A DNA stretch of 64,000 nucleotides from Candidatus Uhrbacteria bacterium (GCA_943359345.1 CALRHE010000003.1:82-64081); one strand, 5' to 3'. Numbered from the stretch's first letter, positions 9,414 to 21,035 are shown. The notes: a model not told the origin generated them from the letters alone. Translations and numbers: made by a program.

Positions 9414-9454
9414 GGGCCCCGCGGACACTCTGTCTGCGGGGCCCACATCCTTTT
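9414..9454 (+). terminator. GC-rich hairpin (9-bp perfect stem, GGGCCCCGC / GCGGGGCCC) followed by a T-run.
   Basis: An exact inverted repeat 9414-9422 / 9436-9444 is followed by CCTTTTAT a few nt downstream. Confidence 0.45.
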
Positions 9455-9476
9455 ATAACTAGCTAAGGCTAAAATT

Positions 9477-9857
9477 ATGTCTGAAGCCAAGGCCCATGAT
9501 CTCACACCGGATCAGTACAACATCTGTTTCATGAAGGGCACCGAGCCGCCATTTAGCGGCAAGTATTACGATCACCATGAGGCGGGGGAGTATATTTGTG
9601 TGAATTGCGGCAAGTCGTTATTTGGGTCAGACACCAAGTTCGATTCTGGTACAGGCTGGCCGAGTTTTTCGGATGTGGTAAACAAGGGTAACGTTCTGAC
9701 CGAGGTCGACAAAACCTTGGGTATGACCAGAACTGAGGTTAAGTGCGCTAATTGCGAGGCCCATCTCGGTCACGTGTTTGAAGACGGTCCAGCACCTACC
9801 GGGCTACGTTATTGCATCAACTCATTGGCGCTCGATTTTAAACCAATCACCCCTTAA
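9477..9857 (+). CDS. msrB: Peptide methionine sulfoxide reductase B.
   Basis: Two CxxC pairs (CVNCGK / CANCEA) and the RYCINS active-site motif. Confidence 0.8.
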   Translation: MSEAKAHDLTPDQYNICFMKGTEPPFSGKYYDHHEAGEYICVNCGKSLFGSDTKFDSGTGWPSFSDVVNKGNVLTEVDKTLGMTRTEVKCANCEAHLGHVFEDGPAPTGLRYCINSLALDFKPITP

Positions 9858-9893
9858 CACCGTTAACCCCTTCAACCCCTTCATTCACTCACC
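9848..9893 (+). repeat. C-rich intercistronic motif (CACCCCTTAACACCGTTAACCCCTTCAACCCCTTCATTCACTCACC).
   Basis: It overlaps the msrB stop codon and fills the spacer to the next start. It is the same motif class as 2926, 16475 and 37933. Confidence 0.55.
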
Positions 9894-9900
9894 GCCAGGT

Positions 9901-10455
9901 ATGCAAAAACTTTTTCTCGTTTTGGCCCTGTTACTCACTCTTGGTGCTGGTTGCGTATCGTTGTTTGAGGATCCATCCGCACAGCTAGGTGCTAACAAAA
10001 ACAAGCTCGATGAGAATTCGATTTGTCAAAACACTTGCGGCAACGGCACGTGTGAAGACATCGTATGTCAGGGCACTGGTTGTCCGTGCGCTGAGACCGT
10101 AGATAACTGTCCGCAGGATTGCGCCGAGACAAGCATTGAAAATTTGATCGTGGTCACGTCGCCAAACGTAAACGCAAACATAGATAGTCCAGTTACGGTG
10201 CAAGGCCAGGCTCGCGGTCTTTGGTACTTTGAGGCCTCATTTCCGGTTAAGGTTTACGATGCTAACGACGTTCTGCTTGGTACCGGCGTTGCTCAAGCCC
10301 AGTCTGATTGGATGACCGAAGATTTTGTGGAATTTGTGGCCAGCGTAACTTACACCACACCAACCACAGCCACAGGTACGATAGTTCTTGAAAAAGATAA
10401 TCCCTCAGATCTACCAGAACATGACAACTCCTTGAGTATTCCGATTGTGTTTTAG
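9901..10455 (+). CDS. Lipoprotein with a Cys-rich segment and a C-terminal Ig-like domain.
   Basis: Signal peptide with an LGAGC lipobox, then a CxxxCGNGTCEDIVCQGTGCPC cluster. Confidence 0.55.
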   Translation: MQKLFLVLALLLTLGAGCVSLFEDPSAQLGANKNKLDENSICQNTCGNGTCEDIVCQGTGCPCAETVDNCPQDCAETSIENLIVVTSPNVNANIDSPVTVQGQARGLWYFEASFPVKVYDANDVLLGTGVAQAQSDWMTEDFVEFVASVTYTTPTTATGTIVLEKDNPSDLPEHDNSLSIPIVF

Positions 10456-10462
10456 TAGGCTT

Positions 10463-11467
10463 ATGTCTGTTCTGGAAACTGCTAGCACTAACTTGAAGGC
10501 TATTCTTGCCCATGCCATTGATTACACACCCAAGCAGCGGGCAGTGGTGGTTTTTGATACTTACAGCGAGTTATCGACGTTGCTCACCCAGGCTTATCGC
10601 CAAGCGCTTCCAGAGGCGGTGTTTCTTGATTTTGAAACCACTAAACCCGAAGACATTTTAAAGTTGTTTAGCGAGCTTCAAGCCGGAGACCTAGTGGTCC
10701 TGGTTCAGTCCATGAGTTTTCGTTTGAATCAGTTTAGGATTCGTGTTGAGCTTTTCAAGCAGGGCCTAAAAGTGATCGAGCACCCACACCTAGCTCGTAT
10801 GCGGGGTTCTGACGTTCCGGTCTATATCGACTCTTTGGCGTACGACCCTGACTATTACCGCGTCGTTGGCCCCAAGCTGAAGATTTTAATCGACCAAGCC
10901 GAGCAGGCCGTTATAGACAGTGGCGGCTCGATTTTGAAGTATGCGTCTAGATTCGAGGACACTAAATTAAATATCGGCGATTATACCGGCATGAAGAATG
11001 TCGGGGGTCAGTTTCCGATTGGTGAGGTGTTTACAGAGCCTAAGCAGCTCGATGGCGTGAACGGGGAGGTCAAAATTTTCGCTTTCGGAGACACCGATTT
11101 TAGCGTTAACATTCCCGCTCAGCCGATTACGCTAGTGATCGAAAAAGCTCGCGTGATCGGGGTAAAAAATTCCACCCCTGAATTTGATAAAGTCATTGAG
11201 CAGATTAAGGCCGACGAAGAGGTGTGGGTACGCGAGCTCGGTTTTGGCATGAACAAGGCTTTCTCAAGAAATCGCCACGTGCTTGATGTTGGAACTTACG
11301 AACGTATGTGTGGGATACATTTATCTTTAGGTGCCAAGCACTCAATTTACGCCAAACCTGGCATGAAGCGTCGTGAAGGTCATTATCATGTAGATGTGTT
11401 TGCGGTCACTGACAAAGTCTGGCTGGATGATAGATGTGTCTACGAACACGGCGGCTATGTAGTTTAG
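10463..11467 (+). CDS. Putative M29-family (aminopeptidase T/S-like) metallo-aminopeptidase.
   Basis: GEVFTEP and the GHYHVD (HxHxD) metal-binding-like motif. The start was chosen at MSVLET; the ORF is open back to 10445. Confidence 0.4.
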   Translation: MSVLETASTNLKAILAHAIDYTPKQRAVVVFDTYSELSTLLTQAYRQALPEAVFLDFETTKPEDILKLFSELQAGDLVVLVQSMSFRLNQFRIRVELFKQGLKVIEHPHLARMRGSDVPVYIDSLAYDPDYYRVVGPKLKILIDQAEQAVIDSGGSILKYASRFEDTKLNIGDYTGMKNVGGQFPIGEVFTEPKQLDGVNGEVKIFAFGDTDFSVNIPAQPITLVIEKARVIGVKNSTPEFDKVIEQIKADEEVWVRELGFGMNKAFSRNRHVLDVGTYERMCGIHLSLGAKHSIYAKPGMKRREGHYHVDVFAVTDKVWLDDRCVYEHGGYVV

Positions 11468-11488
11468 CGCATGTTATAATCGAGCAAA

Positions 11489-13180
11489 ATGGAGGTTATG
11501 CTCAACGAAGTCTTTTTGGAATTCGCAACGGTGATTGTGTCGGCTGGTGTGCTTTCGATTGTGGCCCACAAATTCCGCCAACCCTTGATTATTGGTTACA
11601 TCATTACGGGCGTGTTTGTTGGTTCTAGCTTTCTTGGCTTTGCACACTCGTTTGAAATTTTTGAGGCGCTGTCGTCTGTCGGTATAGCCTTGCTGTTATT
11701 TATTGTTGGATTAAATTTAAACTGGCGCAATATTCATGACCTTGGTTGGGTGGCTCTGCTGACGGGCCTAGGGCAGGTCGTGATTACCGCGTTGGCCGGT
11801 TTTGGTTTAGCGCAGCTACTCAATTTTAATGTCACAACTAGTTTGTTCCTGGGGCTAGCTCTGGCTTTTTCATCCACGATTATCATAGTTAAACTCTTAA
11901 GCGACCAAGACGATATTGATCGCTTGCACGGTCGGATTTCGGTCGGCATCTTATTAGTCCAGGATTTGATCGCCATGATGATTCTCCTGTGGCTGGCTGC
12001 TTATGCTGACGGAGGTTCGCTGACGACGATGTTAACGGTTTCGGCACTTAAGGGTGTGGCGGCTCTTGTGGGTTTGTGGTTGTTTGCAAAATTTATCATC
12101 CCGCAGCTTTTTCGTTACGCAGCCAGGTCTCAAGAACTTTTGTTTCTGGTGGCTTTAGCGTGGTGCTTCGCAGTTGCGTCCGGCCTACAGTTGCTTGGTT
12201 TTAGTCTTGAGATCGGGGCCTTACTGGCGGGTATTTCACTCGCCGGCACAGGCTTTCAACATGAAATTGAGGCCCGGATTCGACCTTTGCGCGATTTTTT
12301 CTTGATTTTATTTTTCGTGGTACTCGGCACCAACCTAGCTACTGACCAAGTTATTAGTCTAGCCGTGCCGATAGCAATCTTTAGCGTATTTACACTCATC
12401 GTCAAGCCCATTGTGACCATGGTCATTATGCGGCTAATGGGTTATCACCCACGGACTGGTTTCTTAACGGGTACCACCTTGGCGCAGGTAAGCGAATTTT
12501 CGTTTATTCTCATCGCCGGAGGTATTAGCCTTGGCCTGATTGGGACAGACGTTTTGTCTCTAGTCACAGCGGTGGCCTTAATCACCATTGCTTGCTCGTC
12601 ATACATGATTACGATTAACGAGCGAGCTTACGATTGGCTAGCCGCTTTTTGGCCCAGCCTAAAGTTACGAGCTGATGATAACCCCGACAATCAAGGTCCA
12701 GCTCCAGATGTGGTGTTATTAGGCTTGGACAACATGGGCAAGAAAATTTTACCCCAAGTTGCGGCCCTGACAGACAATTATTTGGTTCTCGATTTTAATC
12801 CAGCCGTGATTGAGGAACTTGAACAAGCAGGGGTTAAGGCCGTTTATGGTGACGCTGGCAATGATGAGGTTCTAAAATTTGTCAGAGCTCACACCGCTAA
12901 GTTAACTATTTCCGCTATTCCAGACATGGCTGTCAATGAAGCTATTTTAGACTTCATGAAACAACATAAAGCCAGGGGGACGGTCATTGTGTCAGTCAAA
13001 GCAGCTGCTGATGCTGCTCGTTGTTACGCCCTGGGCGCTACCTTTGTGATTGTACCAACTGAGCTTGGCGGCGAGCATTTTGCTCAACTCTTAAAAAAGC
13101 AAAAAACTTTAAAATCGCAGTGGGGTGGCCTAGGTAAAAAAGCTTGGCACAGACTGGAAGCCGAGCGCGACCAAAGCTAG
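11489..13180 (+). CDS. CPA2-family cation/proton antiporter with a C-terminal RCK/TrkA-N domain.
   Basis: About 12 TM helices followed by a soluble Rossmann-like C-terminal domain. The architecture is Kef-type. Confidence 0.65.
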   Translation: MEVMLNEVFLEFATVIVSAGVLSIVAHKFRQPLIIGYIITGVFVGSSFLGFAHSFEIFEALSSVGIALLLFIVGLNLNWRNIHDLGWVALLTGLGQVVITALAGFGLAQLLNFNVTTSLFLGLALAFSSTIIIVKLLSDQDDIDRLHGRISVGILLVQDLIAMMILLWLAAYADGGSLTTMLTVSALKGVAALVGLWLFAKFIIPQLFRYAARSQELLFLVALAWCFAVASGLQLLGFSLEIGALLAGISLAGTGFQHEIEARIRPLRDFFLILFFVVLGTNLATDQVISLAVPIAIFSVFTLIVKPIVTMVIMRLMGYHPRTGFLTGTTLAQVSEFSFILIAGGISLGLIGTDVLSLVTAVALITIACSSYMITINERAYDWLAAFWPSLKLRADDNPDNQGPAPDVVLLGLDNMGKKILPQVAALTDNYLVLDFNPAVIEELEQAGVKAVYGDAGNDEVLKFVRAHTAKLTISAIPDMAVNEAILDFMKQHKARGTVIVSVKAAADAARCYALGATFVIVPTELGGEHFAQLLKKQKTLKSQWGGLGKKAWHRLEAERDQS

Positions 13181-13194
13181 TTAAAAGACAGCCC

Positions 13195-13234
13195 TTGACA
13201 GGGATTATTAGCAGTCTATAATGTAGACTGCTAA
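13195..13234 (+). promoter_or_regulatory. Sigma-70-type promoter (TTGACA-16-TATAAT) with a CIRCE HrcA operator (TTAGCAGTC-N9-GACTGCTAA) overlapping the -10.
   Basis: A perfect 9-bp inverted repeat with a 9-nt spacer at 13208-13234. The spacer contains TATAAT, and TTGACA lies at 13195-13200. It sits immediately upstream of hrcA. Confidence 0.85.
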
Positions 13235-13248
13235 TTAGTTTTAGGCCT

Positions 13249-13955
13249 ATGAATACTCGCCAGGCACAGATCCTAAAACTGATTGTGGATGAATATATTC
13301 GTTCGGCTGAACCGGTCAGTTCCAAGCAACTGTGTGAGTACTATAAATTACCGTTTTCTTCGGCCACTGTGCGTAATGACATGGCCGTGCTCGAGGATCT
13401 GGGTCTGATTGCCCAACCCCACACTTCCGCTGGTAGAGTTCCAACTGAAAAAGCTTATCGTTTTTATATCCAGCAAGGCCAACCGGCCAAAGTTAATAAG
13501 GGCGTAAGCATAAAAATTACCTTACGGCGAATACCGAGGGCACCAACCCCCGAAGAGCGTTTAGCTCAAGTTGGTCAGGCTGTAGTCCAAGCCTCCGGCG
13601 AGGCCGTCATGTTAGCAACTAATCGGCCATGGAGCACTACACTCGGTCTGGCGAATTTGTTACGTAAGCCAGAGTTTCAGTCTGGCACAGCCATCCTGGT
13701 CCTAGCGGAAAGTCTTGAACGCTTCGACGCTGCCTTTAAAGACTTGCTCGGCACGGCTACTGATGAGGTTACGGTTTTACTCGGTAACGAGAATCCACTT
13801 GGTGACGAGTTGGCCTCGGTGGTTGTGAAAAGTACGCTCGGTAACGGGAGTGAAGGGGTGCTAGGTATCGTCGGACCGCTGCGCATGGATTACAACCGCA
13901 ACATCGCCTTGCTCACTCAGGCCAAAAAAGTTCTTGAACAACCTTTGCTCTCACT

Positions 13956-13959
<4 letters not shown>
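13249..13959 (+). CDS. hrcA: Heat-inducible transcription repressor HrcA (short form, 236 aa).
   Basis: N-terminal winged-helix (RQAQILKLIVDEYIRSAEPVSSKQL) and position at the head of the grpE-dnaK-dnaJ operon behind CIRCE. Confidence 0.75.
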
Positions 13960-16465
<2,506 letters not shown>

Positions 16466-16474
16466 ACCGACATG

Positions 16475-16503
16475 ACCCCTCAACACCATCAGCCCCATTA
16501 ACC
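16475..16503 (+). repeat. C-rich intercistronic motif (GACCCCTCAACACCATCAGCCCCATTAACC).
   Basis: It follows the dnaK stop directly and belongs to the same TCAACCCC class. Confidence 0.5.
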
Positions 16504-16505
16504 TT

Positions 16506-16877
16506 GTGATCCAAAAAGAATACGCCCTGATGTGTGAGTTTGCGACCATGTCGGTTAATGGCATGCAGAGTTATATGCATGTTTTTGATCGGACGATGTT
16601 TCAGGTTGGTACGCCCATGGTTTTACGAGGATTCTTTGCAGCCCGTCTGGTTGGCTTGCCAACTGAGGCCAGCACCGAGATTTACCTAACCGACAGCACG
16701 AACACGCTTGTCGACAAGGGTCAGCTCTTCAAGAACAAACTTAAAGGACCGGGCGCGAACATCGTTATCCGAATTGGCGGGATTAAGGTCCCAAGTGCAG
16801 GAGAGTATAGTGTTTGGGCTCGGGTTGAGGGTGGGGAGCCAATGAAGTTGTGTACTTGGACGGCAGCTGATAAATAA
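16506..16877 (+). CDS. Hypothetical protein inserted between dnaK and dnaJ.
   Basis: ORF of 123 aa starting at GTG/ATG with no recognisable motifs. It occupies the position between dnaK and dnaJ. Confidence 0.4.
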   Translation: MIQKEYALMCEFATMSVNGMQSYMHVFDRTMFQVGTPMVLRGFFAARLVGLPTEASTEIYLTDSTNTLVDKGQLFKNKLKGPGANIVIRIGGIKVPSAGEYSVWARVEGGEPMKLCTWTAADK

Positions 16878-16904
16878 ATACAGTCAACCGTCAACTTTAT
16901 ACTT

Positions 16905-17075
16905 ATGTCTGTGTTCTCAACCTTCATGAAATGGAAACTGCGTTGGACCGCGCTCACGGGCTTTTTCACGCTGATCGTACTTCCGATCTTACGTTTTATG
17001 TTTAAGCCACGAGCCTCAAAGGCCAAGACAACTGAAAGCGTGATCGATGTGCAGGCCGAAGAGATTAAAAAATAA
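16905..17075 (+). CDS. Possible small membrane protein (56 aa).
   Basis: Short ORF with one hydrophobic helix between the orphan ORF and dnaJ. It is not in the supplied ORF track because it is under 60 aa. Confidence 0.25.
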   Translation: MSVFSTFMKWKLRWTALTGFFTLIVLPILRFMFKPRASKAKTTESVIDVQAEEIKK

Positions 17076-17077
17076 AT

Positions 17078-18118
17078 GTGGCCAAAGATTATTATCAAAT
17101 TTTAGGCGTTGATCGTAAAGCCTCACAGGATGAGGTGAAGCGAGCTTTCCGCAAGCTCGCACATGAGCATCATCCAGATAAAGGTGGTAACGAGTCCAAG
17201 TTCAAAGAAATCAACGAGGCTTATCAAGCGCTTGGTGATTCTGAGAAACGGGCCCGTTACGATCAGTTTGGCTCGACCGACGGTTCACAAGGCTTTGGCG
17301 GCGGCGGTTTCCCGGGTGGTTTTGACCCGAATTCTTTTGGTGATCTGGGAGATTTGTTTGGTAACTTTTTCGGTGGCGGTGGTCGCGGTCGAACTCAACG
17401 AGGTCACGATGTTGAGACCGAGTTGTTTCTGAGCTTCAAGGAAGCAATTTTTGGTGTTTCAAAAGACATTCCTCTACACAAAACCAACGCCTGTGCTCGT
17501 TGCGGTGGTCAGGGTGCTGAGCCAGGTACGAAGCTGAAGACTTGCGATACCTGTAAGGGCAAAGGTTTCACGATTGCAACCCAGCGTACCATTCTTGGCT
17601 CGGTTCAGATGCGTGTGGCCTGCTCGGCCTGCGATGGTCGGGGAGAAAAGCCGGATAAGGCTTGTAGCGAGTGTTCCGGGAGCGGTACAACCCGAGGTCG
17701 TAAAGTTTTACGGGTTGATGTTCCGGCTGGGGTTGAAGACAACATGCAAATGCGTGTGCGTGGCGAGGGTGAGAGTATCGGCGCTCATGGCGAACCCGGC
17801 GATCTTTACCTGCGTTTGCGAGTGTCTCCGGATTCACGTTTCACTCGCGAGGGCACGACCATTTATCTAAAGAAGAAAATTGGCTTTAGCCAGGCGGCTC
17901 TTGGCGATACCGTTCAGGTTGACACCGTCGACGGTTTAGTAAGCATGAAGATTCCGCCCGGCACACAAAGCGGTGATGAGCTACGCTTACGGGGTAAGGG
18001 AGTGCCCCATGGTCGCGGCCGAGGGGATCAGATTGTGGTGATTCAGATTTTGACACCAACCAAACTAGATAAAAACACTAAGCGACTTCTAGAGGAGCTG
18101 AATCTCCGAGAAGACTAG
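17078..18118 (+). CDS. dnaJ: Chaperone DnaJ.
   Basis: J-domain (YYQILGV...HPDK), G/F-rich linker and four CxxCxG zinc-finger repeats. The start is GTG. Confidence 0.9.
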   Translation: MAKDYYQILGVDRKASQDEVKRAFRKLAHEHHPDKGGNESKFKEINEAYQALGDSEKRARYDQFGSTDGSQGFGGGGFPGGFDPNSFGDLGDLFGNFFGGGGRGRTQRGHDVETELFLSFKEAIFGVSKDIPLHKTNACARCGGQGAEPGTKLKTCDTCKGKGFTIATQRTILGSVQMRVACSACDGRGEKPDKACSECSGSGTTRGRKVLRVDVPAGVEDNMQMRVRGEGESIGAHGEPGDLYLRLRVSPDSRFTREGTTIYLKKKIGFSQAALGDTVQVDTVDGLVSMKIPPGTQSGDELRLRGKGVPHGRGRGDQIVVIQILTPTKLDKNTKRLLEELNLRED

Positions 18119-18123
18119 ATTTT

Positions 18124-18215
18124 AACCATCCTGAGCGAAGGCGAAGGATCCGGGACCGAGGCTGTTCACGAAATAGCCGTCGAGCTGCTAGTCCTTCGAC
18201 CTTCGTCTCAGGATA
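18124..18215. repeat. Family-3 hairpin element, copy A (AACCATCCTGAG...GAAGGA...CCTTCG...CTCAGGAT).
   Basis: An imperfect inverted repeat of about 21 bp flanks a loop of about 50 nt. Two further copies lie at 33989 and 50512. Confidence 0.7.
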
Positions 18216-18245
18216 GTATACGCAGTTAGGTATACTGTAGGGACT

Positions 18246-18746
18246 ATGCTCGAAGTTGTGACTGACTGGTTTACTGAAGCCCAAACTGGGATTGTTTGGG
18301 ATGCACTTGTGGTAGCAGGAATTTTTGCCGGGAGCGTAGTCTTTGCTTTTACTCTGGGTCGTAAGTCGCTGATCGTAGCTTTTGTAGCCGTGGTGTTTGC
18401 TGGCCTAGTGGTTCAGCTCATGCCCTCAACTGAAAGCATTCCTTACTTAGCTGATTATCCTGAGGCCCAAACAGATGTAGTTCTGTTTATACTGGGGGCG
18501 ATAATCTTTGGTTTGATCTTTCGCCGCAACCGTTTCTTTGAGCCGTACATAGTTCCCACTGGGCTTGAACGCTTTGTGTTCGCGGCTATCTTGGCCGGGT
18601 TAATTGTAGTAATCCTCGGATCTTTTTGGACGGGCGACACCCAAAGTGCTTACGTGGCCAAAATATTTTTTCATCCTGTGGCCCGTTTGGCTTGGCTTCT
18701 AGCTCCGGTTGTCATGCTGGCGATTTTTAGAGGCGATAATACTTAA
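18246..18746 (+). CDS. Hypothetical polytopic membrane protein, probably from a leaderless transcript.
   Basis: Four to five TM helices. A TATACT hexamer at 18231-18236 ends 9 nt before the ATG and there is no SD. Confidence 0.55.
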   Translation: MLEVVTDWFTEAQTGIVWDALVVAGIFAGSVVFAFTLGRKSLIVAFVAVVFAGLVVQLMPSTESIPYLADYPEAQTDVVLFILGAIIFGLIFRRNRFFEPYIVPTGLERFVFAAILAGLIVVILGSFWTGDTQSAYVAKIFFHPVARLAWLLAPVVMLAIFRGDNT

Positions 18747-18818
18747 ATCTTGCCAATCTTGGCGAAGTCGTGTAACCTTAATGCTCGGCAATTCAGCCGA
18801 GATTGATGAGGTGTGCGA

Positions 18819-19505
18819 ATGCAGACAGCGACAGCGGATATCGGCCGATCCGTCCCTTGTGACTCGGCTCAGACTCGAAGCCAGGGCTACCAAGGAGCAC
18901 TGAACGGCGACTTGGACGGCAAGCTCTACTGCGTGGTGTACGGTGATGGGTCGGCGGCTTTCGGGCAGCTTGGTCAGGCTGATGGAAAGCCCTGCCCGAC
19001 GGGCTCTTGGTTGGCCAGCGGCTGGTACGCTGAGGGTTTTTTCCGCAAGGGTGCTGGCGACTCTGGCAAGATCACGCTGCGAGTGGCCGGGAACAAGCCC
19101 GACGTCACTAACATCCAGCCCGTGCGTTGGTTCATGCCGGCCACTGATCAGTGTGACATCGACGCCGTTTGGGCAGATTTCCTGACCAACATCCGCGACC
19201 CCGCGATCAATCACCGCTTGCGTGATGTGACACGTGGTGAGCCCTTTGGTGGGCTCAAAGGTCACGTCGTGGTCATTCACCACGGTCTTCGTACCCTCCT
19301 GCCAGTCGTGGGACTGGTGATGGACGGCAAGAAGATCGGCTACCAGATCGACTTGAGCTTCGTGATTCCTGGCCAGTCCACCGCCCCTGTGGCCGTGGTG
19401 CGCGGCTGGGGCGAGGTTGACAACACCAACAACTGCCGCGTCGTTTACCGTGACGCCAGGCACTCCTTAGATGCCAAGTTCGAGCTTGCGGTGCCGCGCT
19501 TATAG
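18819..19505 (+). CDS. Hypothetical protein in a GC-rich island (about 60% GC).
   Basis: A GAGGTG SD lies 5 nt before the ATG and a terminator hairpin follows. The larger overlapping minus-strand ORF is a high-GC mirror artefact. Confidence 0.55.
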   Translation: MQTATADIGRSVPCDSAQTRSQGYQGALNGDLDGKLYCVVYGDGSAAFGQLGQADGKPCPTGSWLASGWYAEGFFRKGAGDSGKITLRVAGNKPDVTNIQPVRWFMPATDQCDIDAVWADFLTNIRDPAINHRLRDVTRGEPFGGLKGHVVVIHHGLRTLLPVVGLVMDGKKIGYQIDLSFVIPGQSTAPVAVVRGWGEVDNTNNCRVVYRDARHSLDAKFELAVPRL

Positions 19506-19521
19506 CGCGCTCCGGCCTTCC

Positions 19522-19560
19522 GATGCCCGTCTCGCCGTTCTGGTGGGACGGGCATCTTCT
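19522..19560 (+). terminator. Hairpin terminator (10-bp perfect stem, GATGCCCGTC / GACGGGCATC) followed by TTCT.
   Basis: An exact inverted repeat 19522-19531 / 19547-19556 directly after the GC-rich gene. Confidence 0.5.
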
Positions 19561-19649
19561 AATTGACCGTCGTCTGGAGACGATTGAAAACATCCTCACC
19601 GTAGCACCCCTTGAATTGGACACCGTTGTGCTTTACCCTATACCCAACT

Positions 19650-21035
19650 ATGTCTGTGATTACTTTGTTTAATAGCTTAGGGCGTCGTGAGGAAGTTTTT
19701 AAGCCAATCAAGCCCGGGCAGGTGGGCATCTATACTTGTGGTCTGACTGTTTATGATCGCGGTCACATCGGCAATTTCCGGTCGTTTATTTTTGCTGACG
19801 TTTTACGTCGAATGCTGGTAGCCACCGGCTACACGGTGACGCAGGTGACCAATATTACTGATGTCGGCCATCTGGTAAGTGATGCCGATGAGGGTGAAGA
19901 CAAACTTGAAAAAGGTGCTCGTCGCGAGGGCAAGACTGCCTGGCAGGTCGCGGACGAGTACACGCAGCTGTACTTGAGCGACATGAAACGTGTGAATTTG
20001 CTGCCGCCGACTGTCATGCCTAAGGCCACCGATCACATCGCCGAACAGATTGCGATGATCCAGGCTATGGAGGACAAGGGCTTCACTTACACCATTAGCG
20101 ACGGCGTATATTTTGATACCGCAAAATTGCCTGGTTACGGTCGTCTGTCCGGTCAAAAGACGGAGGATAAAGCTGAGGGTGCTCGCGTGGGAGTAAATGA
20201 GGACAAGAAACATCCTTCGGACTTTGCCTTGTGGAAATTTTCGCCAGCGGATGAGCAGCGGCATATGGAATGGGAGTCACCTTGGGGCAAAGGTTTTCCT
20301 GGCTGGCATATTGAGTGTTCAGCCATGGCTGAGAAATATCTTGGTTTGCCGTTTGATGTGCATACCGGCGGGGTTGATCACATTGCGGTGCATCATGAGA
20401 ATGAGATCGCTCAGGCGCAGGCGGCTAGAGACACACTTGAGGCTAATTACTGGCTCCACAATGAATTTTTGTTGATTGATGGTGGCAAGATGAGTAAGTC
20501 ACTAAATAACACCTACAGTCTTGACGATCTGGCTGCGAAAGGGATTTCGCCACTGGCATATCGATACTTGGTGCTCGGTGCTCACTACAAATCGCAACTC
20601 AATTTCACTTGGGAGGCGGCGCAGGGCGCGCAGAACGCTATGAACAAGTTAGTCGACACGGTTCGCTTGTGGGACAAGCCCACTGAGGTCGATCAAGCAC
20701 TTGTTGACGAGTTCATGGAACATGTTCGTAACGATCTCGACACACCGGGGGCTTTGGCGGTCATGTGGAAGCTTATAGGCGACGAGAAACTGCCGAGCAG
20801 TGTGAAAGCGGCTACATTGCTGGCTTTGGATGAGGTGCTCGGTTTAGCTCTTGAAGACGTGGTTGGTCGACCCTTGAAGATTAGCTCCGAGGTTCAGGCT
20901 GTACTTGATGACCGTGAACGTGCGCGTCTGGCTAAAGATTTTGCAGCCTCGGATAAATTACGAGCAGACCTAGCTAAACTGGGATTCTTAGTCGACGATA
21001 CACCTGAGGGCCAGCGCTTACGTGAATTACGTTAA
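19650..21035 (+). CDS. cysS: Cysteinyl-tRNA synthetase.
   Basis: HIGN (HIGH) and KMSKS motifs, a CGLTVYD zinc-site cysteine and CysRS-like overall layout. The start was chosen at MSVITLFN. Confidence 0.85.
   Translation: MSVITLFNSLGRREEVFKPIKPGQVGIYTCGLTVYDRGHIGNFRSFIFADVLRRMLVATGYTVTQVTNITDVGHLVSDADEGEDKLEKGARREGKTAWQVADEYTQLYLSDMKRVNLLPPTVMPKATDHIAEQIAMIQAMEDKGFTYTISDGVYFDTAKLPGYGRLSGQKTEDKAEGARVGVNEDKKHPSDFALWKFSPADEQRHMEWESPWGKGFPGWHIECSAMAEKYLGLPFDVHTGGVDHIAVHHENEIAQAQAARDTLEANYWLHNEFLLIDGGKMSKSLNNTYSLDDLAAKGISPLAYRYLVLGAHYKSQLNFTWEAAQGAQNAMNKLVDTVRLWDKPTEVDQALVDEFMEHVRNDLDTPGALAVMWKLIGDEKLPSSVKAATLLALDEVLGLALEDVVGRPLKISSEVQAVLDDRERARLAKDFAASDKLRADLAKLGFLVDDTPEGQRLRELR

Noticed and set aside
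18699-19463. 254-aa minus-strand ORF, plus similar antisense ORFs at 569..997 and 63067..63492 in GC-rich islands.
   Set aside because: These are high-GC mirror ORFs with low-complexity translations. The opposite-strand genes have proper SD sequences and terminators.
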